This document shows positions 47,749 through 58,712 of a stretch of DNA of 64,000 bases, in pieces; within the stretch, counting starts at the first letter, position 1, and the number at the start of each line of letters is the position of its first letter. Under the pieces are notes generated by a model, which saw nothing but the letters and a program-made list of their open reading frames with translations, was not told where the DNA came from and did no database searches. Position numbers and translations under genes: made by a program. The stretch covers positions 160,001 through 224,000 of the forward strand of contig CAXXUA010000013.1 of the NCBI GenBank assembly GCA_963663765.2, given 5' to 3'. The stretch is from Candidatus Poribacteria bacterium. GTDB lineage: Bacteria > Poribacteria > WGA-4E > WGA-3G.

Positions 47749-48648
47749 CTACTGTGTTGTGCTCCGTTGTCTTCTGGGACGTCTCTTTGGTTTAGGTTGC
47801 CGTGTCTGTCGTTGTTCACCTTCACCGATTGCTTCAGGTTCTGCAGAAAGCTGTTCAACATCAACGATTTGTGCTGTCTGCTCTTCATGCCTTTCAGTTT
47901 CAGCGACTTTTTCCAACTGATCTTCTTCTAACTGTTTCTTTTCTTCCTCAACTTGTTCACCTTCTAATGCGGCGCCTCGACCTTGAATTACGGATTCTGC
48001 TAAGACAGAACAAAACAATCTAATTGAGCGAATAGCATCATCATTTCCAGGTATAGGAAGATCTATTGGATCGGGATCACAGTTTGTGTCTACAATAGCA
48101 ATGATCGGTATACCGAGTTTGTTTGCTTCAGCAATAGCCGTATGCTCTTTTCGGGTATCTGTGACTATAACAGCCTCTGGCAGGTTAGACATCTCTTTAA
48201 TTCCGTTCAAGTTATTGGAAAGTTTGTCTTTTTCCCGTTTCAAACGAATGACTTCTTTTTTTGGACGTTTTTCAAATTGACCGGTTTCCTCTTCTTGTTC
48301 AAGTTGTTCTAACCTACTGATGCTTTGTCGTATTGTTTGGAAGTTGGTCAACATTCCTCCTAACCAACGGTGATTGACGTAGTACATACTACATCTGACA
48401 GCTTCCTCAAAAACTGCTTCCTGAGATTGTCGTTTTGTTCCAACAAATAGCACTGAACCACCCTTTGCTGCGATTTCTTTCACATAGGCAACTGCGTTTT
48501 CAAGCAATCTTAGGGTTTTCTGCAGATCAATGATATATATTCCGTTGCGTTCAGCAAAAATGTACTCTGCCATCTTTGGATTCCATCGTCTTGTTTGGTG
48601 ACCAAAATGGACTCCACATTCAAGGAGTTCCTTCATTGTAACTGACAA
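47749..48648 (-). CDS. rpsB: 30S ribosomal protein S2
   Basis: [35 protein letters not shown]; TTG start after GGAGG. Confidence 0.98.
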   Translation of the reverse strand: MSVTMKELLECGVHFGHQTRRWNPKMAEYIFAERNGIYIIDLQKTLRLLENAVAYVKEIAAKGGSVLFVGTKRQSQEAVFEEAVRCSMYYVNHRWLGGMLTNFQTIRQSISRLEQLEQEEETGQFEKRPKKEVIRLKREKDKLSNNLNGIKEMSNLPEAVIVTDTRKEHTAIAEANKLGIPIIAIVDTNCDPDPIDLPIPGNDDAIRSIRLFCSVLAESVIQGRGAALEGEQVEEEKKQLEEDQLEKVAETERHEEQTAQIVDVEQLSAEPEAIGEGEQRQTRQPKPKRRPRRQRSTTQ

Positions 48649-48689
48649 ATATAACCTCCGGGGTAACAGGAATCAAATTGTTCCTTATT

Positions 48690-48769
48690 GGGTTTACACT
48701 TCCACCTCCTTCACATTTGCATCAGTCTCTCAAAATGAGAGAACCCACTGTGCAAATCAGAAGGTGTGT
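48690..48769 (-). ncRNA. rpsB (S2) leader RNA
   Basis: ACACAC - long stem (CCTTC..ATTTGCA..CAGT..TCTCTCA / TGAGAGA..ACTG..TGCAAAT..GAAGG) - GGAGGTGG...AAACCC, upstream of rpsB. Confidence 0.65.
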
Positions 48770-48812
48770 ATCTCAAGTAATAATAGCGTCTTCCATTGAT
48801 AAAATTGATATA

Positions 48813-48841
48813 ATTATACCATGTATCTAACGGGTATGCAA
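48813..48841 (-). promoter_or_regulatory. rpsB operon promoter
   Basis: TTGCAT-17 nt-TATAAT with extended TG. Confidence 0.75.
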
Positions 48842-48928
48842 GATTATTTTGTATATAGTAGGATTATTCTTTTACGGTAGGATGCTACTCAATCAATTAG
48901 AAATGATATAATAATGTACATTAGAATC

Positions 48929-49822
48929 CTAAAGAATTGAACGCAGATATTGATAATTTCGTTTTGCACTTTCAAATGGACTACCCATACCAGGTAACAC
49001 GTCCTGTTCGACGACGATCCAACCATCGTAATTCTGCTTATGTAGTTCTGCTATGATAGCGGGGAAATCAACTTCTCCTTTACCCAGTTCACAAAAAACT
49101 CCGTTCCTTACAGACTGAAAGTAATCCCAGTTTTCCCTACGAGATTTGGTGGCGATTTGCGGTTGACAATCCTTGAAATGCACATGCCATATACGGTCTG
49201 TGTGCATTTCAAATATATCAAGTGGGTCACCACCACCGAATCGGTAATGTCCAGTATCAAAACACAATCCAACCAAGTCGGGATCCGTACGTTGCATCAA
49301 TGTGTCTACTTCTTCTATTGTTTCAATATATCCTGCACAATGATGGTGAAAGACTGTTCGGAGTCCAGTCTCGTCCCGCACGGATTGTGCGATGCGATGC
49401 ACACTCCGCACAAAAATATTCCACTGCTCCTGCGTCAAGCCGTGTTCAGCACTGATGCGTCCTGCATTGTGCGTGCGTTGTTCTACAGTTCCATTATCAT
49501 CTGAAAGCACGATAAAAGCGTTGTTACCTCCAGCTTCTGCTAATAAACATGCATGTTGTAGTGCTGATTTCTCACCCGCTGCGTGTGCATTTGCTTCTGC
49601 TAATGCAACGGGAACGAAAGCACCTAACAACATTAACTCTCGTGCTGCGAGTTCGTCGTGGAGTTGAGCGGGGTCTGTCGGCATAAACCCCCAATCTCCT
49701 AATTCGGTGCCGCGATATCCGATTGCTTGCATTTCGTCTAATACTTGGGTGTAGTGTGGTGATTTACCTTGTAGATCGAATTCAAGTACTCCCCAGGAGC
49801 ATGGGGCATTTGCGATTTTCAT
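48929..49822 (-). CDS. IolE-like inosose dehydratase / sugar-phosphate isomerase TIM barrel
   Basis: IANAPCSWG, GTELGDWG, FHHH, DTGH, HVHFKD, VVEQD. Confidence 0.85.
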   Translation of the reverse strand: MKIANAPCSWGVLEFDLQGKSPHYTQVLDEMQAIGYRGTELGDWGFMPTDPAQLHDELAARELMLLGAFVPVALAEANAHAAGEKSALQHACLLAEAGGNNAFIVLSDDNGTVEQRTHNAGRISAEHGLTQEQWNIFVRSVHRIAQSVRDETGLRTVFHHHCAGYIETIEEVDTLMQRTDPDLVGLCFDTGHYRFGGGDPLDIFEMHTDRIWHVHFKDCQPQIATKSRRENWDYFQSVRNGVFCELGKGEVDFPAIIAELHKQNYDGWIVVEQDVLPGMGSPFESAKRNYQYLRSIL

Positions 49823-49868
49823 TGTGTTATCGGTTCTCATCCTTTTGAATAAGACATAATTTAAACGT

Positions 49869-50903
49869 CTACTTTTTTGTATCAAACTCAAAATCTCCGT
49901 TAATTACATCTTGTATGATTTTCCCTCTCCTTATACGGTTTGTCCTACTATTAGTTCCCTGAAGAGCAGAGTTATGATACTCCATTATTTGGCGATGTTT
50001 TTTTGCAAAATCTTCATCTGCTTTACCGGATTTATTAACTAAATCATAAAAACGTAGGAGTCCTTTTCCAACTTCTGCTGGTTTAGCGTTTATTTCTTCT
50101 CTGAATAATGCGCGGTGAATCTCTACGATCAGAGTGAATAAATCTGACTTTCTCCAGGCGCGACTTTTTTCTGGGATGCCACACTTTTTTATAAACTGAA
50201 AGACCTCTTCAAATTGAGTATTTAGATTGTGTTTTTCTTCAAATTCATCGTTGTATTGCCTAAGATAATCTTCAAATTCACTCTCTAAACTGAAATAAGT
50301 TGACATCACTGTAATTATCACAGACAAAGCAAATGAAACATCCCTCATACGCCTAATATCAGTAGAACTGAATACTCGATGCTTTCTAAAAAAAGAATCT
50401 TGTGAAAGCCTATCTGCGAATTGTTTTATTTCTCCATCATATCTTGCATTGTGAATCTCCATAGCATTTAGAGAATAATTTGTTGAGTTAATCCGTTTAA
50501 AAATTTCCTTTATCTCGCTAATACTTGTTTGACCTAAGTCTCGAACAACAACTAAGTAATCATAGAAACTTATTTTTTCTTCATCACTAAGTTTTGCGAA
50601 TGGGATTACTCCACCTGACAGCTTCAAATCTTTAGAAGCATCAACATACTGTTTCAGCGTAGTCAACCTTTGTTGACCATCTACTAACATTTCTTTCGCT
50701 TCTCCAGTATCAGGATTTACTTCACCCGCGGCTATATATATTTCAGGAAAAGGATAACCTCGTAAAACTGTATCAATAAAAGCACTCTTGTGTTTATTGG
50801 ACCACACCAAGCGTCGTTGGAACCCAGGATCTGGCACTAAGGTTCCAGTTCGGAGGCCATTCAAAAGACTGTGGATTCTTCTAGGGCCTGCTGCTACCTG
50901 CAT
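49869..50903 (-). CDS. DUF262 (GmrSD-N, ParB/Srx-like) protein without a nuclease domain
   Basis: PGFQRRLVW, VDGQQRLTT, IFKRINS; 344 aa; no HNH/DUF1524 motif. Confidence 0.9.
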   Translation of the reverse strand: MQVAAGPRRIHSLLNGLRTGTLVPDPGFQRRLVWSNKHKSAFIDTVLRGYPFPEIYIAAGEVNPDTGEAKEMLVDGQQRLTTLKQYVDASKDLKLSGGVIPFAKLSDEEKISFYDYLVVVRDLGQTSISEIKEIFKRINSTNYSLNAMEIHNARYDGEIKQFADRLSQDSFFRKHRVFSSTDIRRMRDVSFALSVIITVMSTYFSLESEFEDYLRQYNDEFEEKHNLNTQFEEVFQFIKKCGIPEKSRAWRKSDLFTLIVEIHRALFREEINAKPAEVGKGLLRFYDLVNKSGKADEDFAKKHRQIMEYHNSALQGTNSRTNRIRRGKIIQDVINGDFEFDTKK

Positions 50904-51483
50904 TATTTTCCTCCAAGTTATTTATGCATTCCTGTATACTAATTTTCTGATAATTCTCTAAAAAGAAATATGATCTATATAATGCACCTCTAATTTTATA
51001 ATCACCATATCTTCCACTCCTTGTAACACTCTGAAAAAAATTCCACCATTTTTCTCTTAAATCAAAAATAGACGATTGAGGTAACTTATCAGGTCTTATC
51101 CACCCTCGAAAGAGATAATTAGCAAATTCTCTATATTCGGGCCAATATGGACCTTCATATAGATAATTGTACACGTCTTTCCAAAATTGTTCGAATAACG
51201 TTGAGGATACTATGGCGACATCAATGTCAGAATTATCACTGAATTCACGGTACCGATTTTTAGGTGCAACACTAAAACCAAGCTTTGCTGAACCTACTAC
51301 CAAGACTTGATTTGGATGCAAACCAAAGTTTTCAGCAACTTCTGAACGCAAATCAAAATAGTCTTGATGAGATAAAATACAACATTCTCCGAAAATAATG
51401 TACTTTCTCACTATCTGAATTGATGAAAATTTATTTAAGTCTTCCTTAAATTGATTGAGTCTTTGCTCTACTTCATTATTCAT
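50881..51483 (-). CDS. DNA polymerase beta-superfamily nucleotidyltransferase
   Basis: VVGSAKLGFS...SDIDVAIVS (hGS...DxD); overlaps the DUF262 gene by 23 nt. Confidence 0.8.
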   Translation of the reverse strand: MNNEVEQRLNQFKEDLNKFSSIQIVRKYIIFGECCILSHQDYFDLRSEVAENFGLHPNQVLVVGSAKLGFSVAPKNRYREFSDNSDIDVAIVSSTLFEQFWKDVYNYLYEGPYWPEYREFANYLFRGWIRPDKLPQSSIFDLREKWWNFFQSVTRSGRYGDYKIRGALYRSYFFLENYQKISIQECINNLEENNAGSSRP

Positions 51484-51535
51484 TCTATTGTCCTTAGAGA
51501 ATTTGAACCAAAAATGATACTTCAGACAACATAGA

Positions 51536-52108
51536 TTACGTACAATCTTGTTTCAGCTTTGAAATCTTATCAAAATCTTGGATTGCGGACTCCAAATTGT
51601 CCATTCGTAAGTAAGTCATAGCACGTTTAAAGTAAGCATCTGTGAAGGTTGGAATTAGTTTTATTGCCTCAGAAAAATCTGCAATAGCCTTGTCATACTC
51701 ACCTATTTTCACGTATATTTTACCGCGCTCTTCGTAGATTTCGGCATCATAGGGACGGAGTTCAATCTCCTTGCTAAATCCTTCAATTGCCTTGTCGTAC
51801 TCACCTCGTTCACCGTAAAGGGCCGCGCGAAAACCCCACGCATCAGCATGATCTGGATCAAGTTTAATTGCTATGCTAAAGTCAGCAATTGCCTTGTCAT
51901 ATACCCCTTTCTCATCATATAGTTTTCCACGAGTATAAAATGTCTCAACATCATACAAGTTGAAGTCTATTGCTTTGGTAAGGTATGTGATTGCATTATC
52001 AAAATCGTTTTTTCTTATGTAAGTTTTTGCACGTGTGTTGTAGAATGTGACGAGATTAAGTTTCAGAGTTTCAATATTATTTTTCGCATTAGTATCTAAT
52101 AAGTTCAT
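51536..52108 (-). CDS. TPR repeat protein, five repeats
   Basis: 34-aa repeats of the form RG..Y...G.YDKAIADFS.AIKL.P. Confidence 0.93.
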   Translation of the reverse strand: MNLLDTNAKNNIETLKLNLVTFYNTRAKTYIRKNDFDNAITYLTKAIDFNLYDVETFYTRGKLYDEKGVYDKAIADFSIAIKLDPDHADAWGFRAALYGERGEYDKAIEGFSKEIELRPYDAEIYEERGKIYVKIGEYDKAIADFSEAIKLIPTFTDAYFKRAMTYLRMDNLESAIQDFDKISKLKQDCT

Positions 52109-52132
52109 TGTTTACCTCAATTTTACAGGTGA

Positions 52133-52161
52133 ATTATAACACAACACATACAACATAGCAA
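52133..52161 (-). promoter_or_regulatory. Promoter of the TPR-NTase-DUF262 operon
   Basis: TTGCTA-17 nt-TATAAT with extended TG. Confidence 0.65.
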
Positions 52162-52319
52162 TTGGTTTCTGTGATGCAAAAACACACACAGAAATGCAAA
52201 CATCTGTTATACTGCAACAATCGGAAGTCCTAACATTCAACACCATTAGAAAAGGACCGGCATTTTGGATGTTTGAAGGGCAAACTTTTTGGCCATGGGA
52301 CGGTTACAACATGCCATAG

Positions 52320-52616
52320 AAACGTCTCGGACTGCCAACGGATGTTGCTGCATTGGTTTCTAAACTAACTACCGACACAACTGAATTGGAGTTGGTAAAC
52401 CTTAGCATATCTGAAGCACGTGATGTGATTGTCCAAGCTGGTTCAATGGGTGAACACCATTTTACAACTGCCCGATTCAAAGAGGATAACGGTGATAACA
52501 CCGTTGCGGTAGACGGAACATATCTTCAAGTTCACTTACCACCGAACACGCATATTGTGTTAGCAGTGGGAATGGAGCGTTTTGTTAATGCACCTTCGTA
52601 TCAACTGCCATGGTAA
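52320..52616 (+). pseudogene. C-terminal remnant of a larger hypothetical protein
   Basis: KRLGLPTDVAALV...LVNLS...QAGSMGEH...RFVNAPSYQLPW; no RBS or good start; in-frame stop just upstream. Confidence 0.55.
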
Positions 52617-52718
52617 TAGGCAAATCATCTTATATTTCTGGTGGATGTGTAATGTAGAAGGGGTTTTCAACCTTGATTTTGCACATGCAGTAGCAAGTAC
52701 AATTAGGAGGTAAAAATT

Positions 52719-53738
52719 ATGGCGACAGAGAGATACTTAACTGCAGAACAGAGTGTACAACAACTCCTGAAAACAACGCCACCGCTTTACTTCAATGGAA
52801 ACCCAACTAAAACGGAGTGGAAAGAATGGCGAAGGAAGTTCAAACGTAACATCGCTCGGTACCTAGGTCCAAAACCTGATGCAGTGCCGTTGGAAGTAGA
52901 GATATTAGAGAAAATAAGACGAGATGGTTACACAAGAGAAAAGATAATTTTCAATCCTGATGCATTCTCCTCAATTCCAGCTTATGTCTTAATTCCAGAC
53001 AGCGCAAACGCGGACACCCCCGTACCAGCAGTACTATGTGCACACGGGCATGGCGTTGGTAAAGACGGGGCAGTCGGTATAGTTGATGACTATCAGAAAC
53101 AGTATGCTGTGGAACTCGCAAAAAAGGGATTTGTTACCATCGCACCAGATTGGCGATGTTTCGGTGAAAGGTTAGATAGAGATGCGTGGGTTCGCCGTCC
53201 GGGTAGAGATGGGTGTAATGCTGCGTATTTCGCACTTGGGTATTTCGGTTATCAACTGCTACAACTCAACATTTCTGATGGACAACGTTGTTTGGACTAT
53301 CTTCAGAACCGTCCTGAAGTGGATAGCAGTCGGTTAGGTTGTATGGGATGTTCGTTTGGTGGTACAATGACGACCTATATATCTGCTTTCGATCGGAGAA
53401 TTAAGGCTGCTGTTATTGTCTGTTATCTTAGCACGTTGACAGATGCGTTAGGTGACCGTGGACGTGCAAATACGTGTGGATCACAGTTCATGTTTGGACT
53501 TCGCGCAGCGGGTGATATTTCGGATGTAGCAGGACTTATCGCGCCGCGGGCATGTATGGTGCAAATCGGTTCTGATGACAAGTGTTTTATTGAGTCTGAT
53601 GCTTTGTCGGCATTTGAACACTTAGAGAAGATATATACCGCATGTGGTAAACGCGAAAGGTTAGTCTTGGATCATTTTCAGGGAGGACATGAGATTGATC
53701 TGCAACCTGGGATTGCATTTTTGGAAGAGCGATTGTAA
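52719..53738 (+). CDS. Alpha/beta hydrolase (dienelactone hydrolase / acetylxylan esterase-like)
   Basis: HGHG, GCSFGG nucleophile elbow, GGHE; AGGAGG RBS. Confidence 0.88.
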   Translation: MATERYLTAEQSVQQLLKTTPPLYFNGNPTKTEWKEWRRKFKRNIARYLGPKPDAVPLEVEILEKIRRDGYTREKIIFNPDAFSSIPAYVLIPDSANADTPVPAVLCAHGHGVGKDGAVGIVDDYQKQYAVELAKKGFVTIAPDWRCFGERLDRDAWVRRPGRDGCNAAYFALGYFGYQLLQLNISDGQRCLDYLQNRPEVDSSRLGCMGCSFGGTMTTYISAFDRRIKAAVIVCYLSTLTDALGDRGRANTCGSQFMFGLRAAGDISDVAGLIAPRACMVQIGSDDKCFIESDALSAFEHLEKIYTACGKRERLVLDHFQGGHEIDLQPGIAFLEERL

Positions 53739-53885
53739 GCCAATGAACGTTAGGAGAATACCTTGTTATATTGATATTTCCTTAATATAAATTGCAGTAT
53801 CAAGTGCATTAATCAACAACTATTGTTGGAATCATCTTGGTCAAAAACAACTGTGCAGAGTTGTAAAAAACACAAGGAGGAGTCT

Positions 53886-56219
53886 ATGATAGAACGATGG
53901 GGTATGTATGAAGCTACACTGAATGGACCTGACACGGGTAATCCATTTGTTGATGTAAGCATAACAGCTGAATTTAAGCATAATGGGGGTCGGTCTTTTG
54001 AGTTGTCTGGGTTCTATGATGGAAACGGGATTTACAAACTCCGATTCATGCCTGATGAAGTAGGTGAATGGAGTTACACAACAAAAAGTAACCGAACCGA
54101 ACTTGATGGTGAAACAGGACGTTTTACATGTATCAAGCCATCAGAGGGAAACCACGGACCCATACAAGTATTCAAAGATTACTATTTGCGCTATACCGAT
54201 GAAACTCCATACCATCAATTTGGTACAACATGTTATGCATGGGTACATCAAGGTGATTCTATGGAAGAACAGACACTCAAAACCCTTGCAGATGCTCCGT
54301 TCAACAAGATCCGGATGTGCATCTTTCCTAAAGATTACATATACAATGAAAACGAACCTACCTACTACCCATTTGAGGGAAAGCCGTTAAAGGAATGGGA
54401 TTATAGCAGATTCAATCCTGTATTTTGGCAGCATTTTGAACAGCGTGTGCAAGACCTATTAGACCTTGGTATTGAAGCAGATATAATCCTCTTTCACACC
54501 TATGACCGCTGGGATTTTGAAAATATGGATGCGGAAAGTGATGATCGCTATATCCGTTATGCCGTGGCACGTTTAGCTGCATTTCGCAATGTATGGTGGT
54601 CGCTTGCAAATGAATATGACATCATGCCTGCAAAAGAAGAAACTGACTGGGACAGGTTTTTCCAGATTATCCGTGACAATGATCCATATCAACGTCTGCG
54701 TGGGATACACAATTGCCGGCAATGGTATGACCATGGCAAGTCATGGGTGACACACACCAGCATTCAAACTATCAATATGGCACAAGGTATCAACTATCGA
54801 ACGCAATACGACAAGCCAGTTATTTATGATGAATGCCGCTATGAAGGAGACATTCCAAAGGGATGGGGAAATATCACTGCCAGACAGATGGTGCAGAACT
54901 TTTGGGCAGGCACTGCTTCTGGCTGCTATGTTGGACATGGAGAGACCTATAAACATCCTGAAGACTTACTATGGTGGGCAAAAGGGGGTGTTCTACATGG
55001 TGAGAGTCCGTCGCGAATAGCATTTTTAAAAGACTTTATGAAAGACGCACCAACGTTTGATACGCTTGAACCAATTGGCGATGATATGGGACGATATATC
55101 CTTGAGAAACAAGGAGAATACTATTTGGTCTATACTACCTCACCACAGTCAATTACAATACAGTTGCATGGAGATCAACCGTACAAAATTGATGGTGTTG
55201 ATATGTGGAACATGAAGATACTCTCTATTGGAACAGCACAACCAGGAGAATATAGAATTGATGCGCTTCATGATGATTTTGTATACCGGTTTACTCCCTA
55301 CACACCAGGTGAAAAACTACGTCCTGAAGCAAAAGCAGAAGTAGATGTCACACAAGGAAATGCTCCGTTAAATGTTGCTTTTACAGCAGCAGGGAATTTA
55401 ACACATCGCTGGGATTTCGGTGATGGTATAACATCAGATCAATCGAATCCTACACACGTCTTTGAAAAACTTGGACAACATACTGTCACACTGCAGGTCA
55501 CTGATGATGAAGGAATGTCAACAATAACTTCTCTATCAATAAACGTGTTACCAGAAGTGCCAGCAAATATCGGAACCCATACGGTCTTCCCCGGTTCACG
55601 CTATGGACTTGTTTTTTACTGGAATAGCGCGTTTGAAGATAGCAATGAAATTATCTCTCGAGACGGTGCATCCATTAATGAAGATGGACAGATAGATCTA
55701 AAATCTGGTGCATTCCTTGCTGAGAATGTGAACAATACTCTTCTTACAGCTTGCCAACAAAGCAATCAATTGACAATTGAATGTGTTGTAACCACAGATA
55801 ATCTAAATCAAAACGGACCTGCACGTATCATCTCATTTTCTAAAGATGTAACACATCGGAACTTTACATTGGGGCAGGACGGCAGCCGTTTTGCAATGCG
55901 TATCCGAACACCTCATACAGGATCAAATGGACTTGATGGGGAATTCACTTTCGGGAAAATTGATGCTGGAAATTCGATCCATGTTATCGTCAGTTATTTT
56001 CTCTCAAATGTCTTTTGCTATGTAGATGGTGAATTAGTCTACTCTGGGCACGGTATACAGGGTGACTTCAGTAATTGGGAACTATACACACTCATTTTCG
56101 GAGATGAAGCAAGTGGTGGTAGAAACTGGGAAGGGAAACTCAGTCATATAGCAATTTATAGTCGCTTTGTTGGTGAGGAAGAGGCAACACACAAGTTTGG
56201 ACTAATTCAGAATGAGTGA
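53886..56219 (+). CDS. DUF5060-DUF4038 (GH140/apiosidase-like) hydrolase with PKD and LamG-like domains
   Basis: NPFVDV, GFYDG, GTTCYAW, WWSLANEYD, YDECRYEG, HGET; PKD WDFGDG; LamG PARIIS...NFTLGQ...YVDG. Confidence 0.85.
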   Translation: MIERWGMYEATLNGPDTGNPFVDVSITAEFKHNGGRSFELSGFYDGNGIYKLRFMPDEVGEWSYTTKSNRTELDGETGRFTCIKPSEGNHGPIQVFKDYYLRYTDETPYHQFGTTCYAWVHQGDSMEEQTLKTLADAPFNKIRMCIFPKDYIYNENEPTYYPFEGKPLKEWDYSRFNPVFWQHFEQRVQDLLDLGIEADIILFHTYDRWDFENMDAESDDRYIRYAVARLAAFRNVWWSLANEYDIMPAKEETDWDRFFQIIRDNDPYQRLRGIHNCRQWYDHGKSWVTHTSIQTINMAQGINYRTQYDKPVIYDECRYEGDIPKGWGNITARQMVQNFWAGTASGCYVGHGETYKHPEDLLWWAKGGVLHGESPSRIAFLKDFMKDAPTFDTLEPIGDDMGRYILEKQGEYYLVYTTSPQSITIQLHGDQPYKIDGVDMWNMKILSIGTAQPGEYRIDALHDDFVYRFTPYTPGEKLRPEAKAEVDVTQGNAPLNVAFTAAGNLTHRWDFGDGITSDQSNPTHVFEKLGQHTVTLQVTDDEGMSTITSLSINVLPEVPANIGTHTVFPGSRYGLVFYWNSAFEDSNEIISRDGASINEDGQIDLKSGAFLAENVNNTLLTACQQSNQLTIECVVTTDNLNQNGPARIISFSKDVTHRNFTLGQDGSRFAMRIRTPHTGSNGLDGEFTFGKIDAGNSIHVIVSYFLSNVFCYVDGELVYSGHGIQGDFSNWELYTLIFGDEASGGRNWEGKLSHIAIYSRFVGEEEATHKFGLIQNE

Positions 56220-56250
56220 GAATGATAGATCCAATACATGATAGATATTA

Positions 56251-57492
<1,242 letters not shown>

Positions 57493-57564
57493 TTATGAAA
57501 AAAACGCTCCTATTCTTCTAAATATCCAAATTTATGGTATGAATTCATTACTTTGTAGTAATCT

Positions 57565-58710
57565 TTAATATTCACGTTTGTGCCAATCGTCTTCCCATAG
57601 GTTGAAAGAACCTTCACGGTATGGGTGTTGTGCGATGAGATCCTCATTTAGTTCCATACCCAAACCAGGTCCGTTGGGAAGACTGAAGTAACCATCTATA
57701 ACTTCTGGACATCCAGTAGCAGCTTCTTTGACCCATGCTTCCGAAAAATCGTTGAAATGCTCCTGAATTTTGAAGTTCGTTGTGCATGCAGCGAAGTGCA
57801 ATGCGGTTGCAGTAGAAACCGGTCCTCCTACATTATGCGGTGCGACCGTCATATAACACATATCCCCCATTGCAGCGATTTTCTTGGTTTCCAAAAATCC
57901 ACCTGTTTGCGTAATATCGGGTTGCAAAATATCTGCAGCCTGTAAGTTGATCAACTCGCGATATTCGTATTTATTATGTAGTCGTTCACCTGTTGCAACC
58001 GGTAGATTGATCTTGTCAGCAGCTTTTGCTAATGCGGCGATATTATCGGGGGGTACAGGTTCCTCTACCCAACTCGGTTGGAATTGTTCCAATTCTGCTG
58101 CAATCTCTATAGCGGTATAAGGACTAAATCGTCCGTGCATCTCAACCAAGATTTCCACATCAGGTCCTACGGCGTCGCGAACAGCTTCTACGAGTGAAAC
58201 AGATTTTAGTTTTTCTTCATAAGAGAGTTCATAATAGCCAGCACCAAAAGGATCAAACTTGAGTGCTTTATATCCTTTATCAAGCACTTTTTTAGCAGCA
58301 TCATGAAATTCCTCTGGAGTCCGTTCTACGCGATACCAACCATTTGCATACGCTTTGATTTTGTTACGACAAGCACCACCAAGTAAGCGATAGACAGGTT
58401 GATTCAAAACCTTACCGATAATATCCCAACAAGCGATTTCAATTACACTGATACCCGTAGCGACTATCTCCCCAGCGCGTCCGTAATCATCTCGGAACAA
58501 CCGTTGGTATAAGTCTTCTGTATTGAACGGGTCGCTACCAATGACATGTCTACGTTTTGCTCCATCAATATAGGACACGAGTGCATCTGTACGATTGTTC
58601 ATCCGCACTTCACTGATACCAGTTACACCTTCGTCGGTTTCAACTTTCACGAAGGTTAGATTCCGCCAGCTTGTTCCCATAACAAGGGTAATGACATCTG
58701 TGATTTTCAT
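57565..58710 (-). CDS. Mandelate racemase/galactonate dehydratase-family enolase
   Basis: WDIIGK..QPVYRLLGG, KALKFDP, EMHGR, EEP, TGER, QPD, APHN. Confidence 0.9.
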   Translation of the reverse strand: MKITDVITLVMGTSWRNLTFVKVETDEGVTGISEVRMNNRTDALVSYIDGAKRRHVIGSDPFNTEDLYQRLFRDDYGRAGEIVATGISVIEIACWDIIGKVLNQPVYRLLGGACRNKIKAYANGWYRVERTPEEFHDAAKKVLDKGYKALKFDPFGAGYYELSYEEKLKSVSLVEAVRDAVGPDVEILVEMHGRFSPYTAIEIAAELEQFQPSWVEEPVPPDNIAALAKAADKINLPVATGERLHNKYEYRELINLQAADILQPDITQTGGFLETKKIAAMGDMCYMTVAPHNVGGPVSTATALHFAACTTNFKIQEHFNDFSEAWVKEAATGCPEVIDGYFSLPNGPGLGMELNEDLIAQHPYREGSFNLWEDDWHKREY

Positions 58711-58712
58711 GG

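Noticed and set aside
50881-51483. CBASS CD-NTase or MNT-HEPN antitoxin call
   Set aside because: Too short for a CD-NTase, no Cap effector, and no HEPN RxxxxH partner seen
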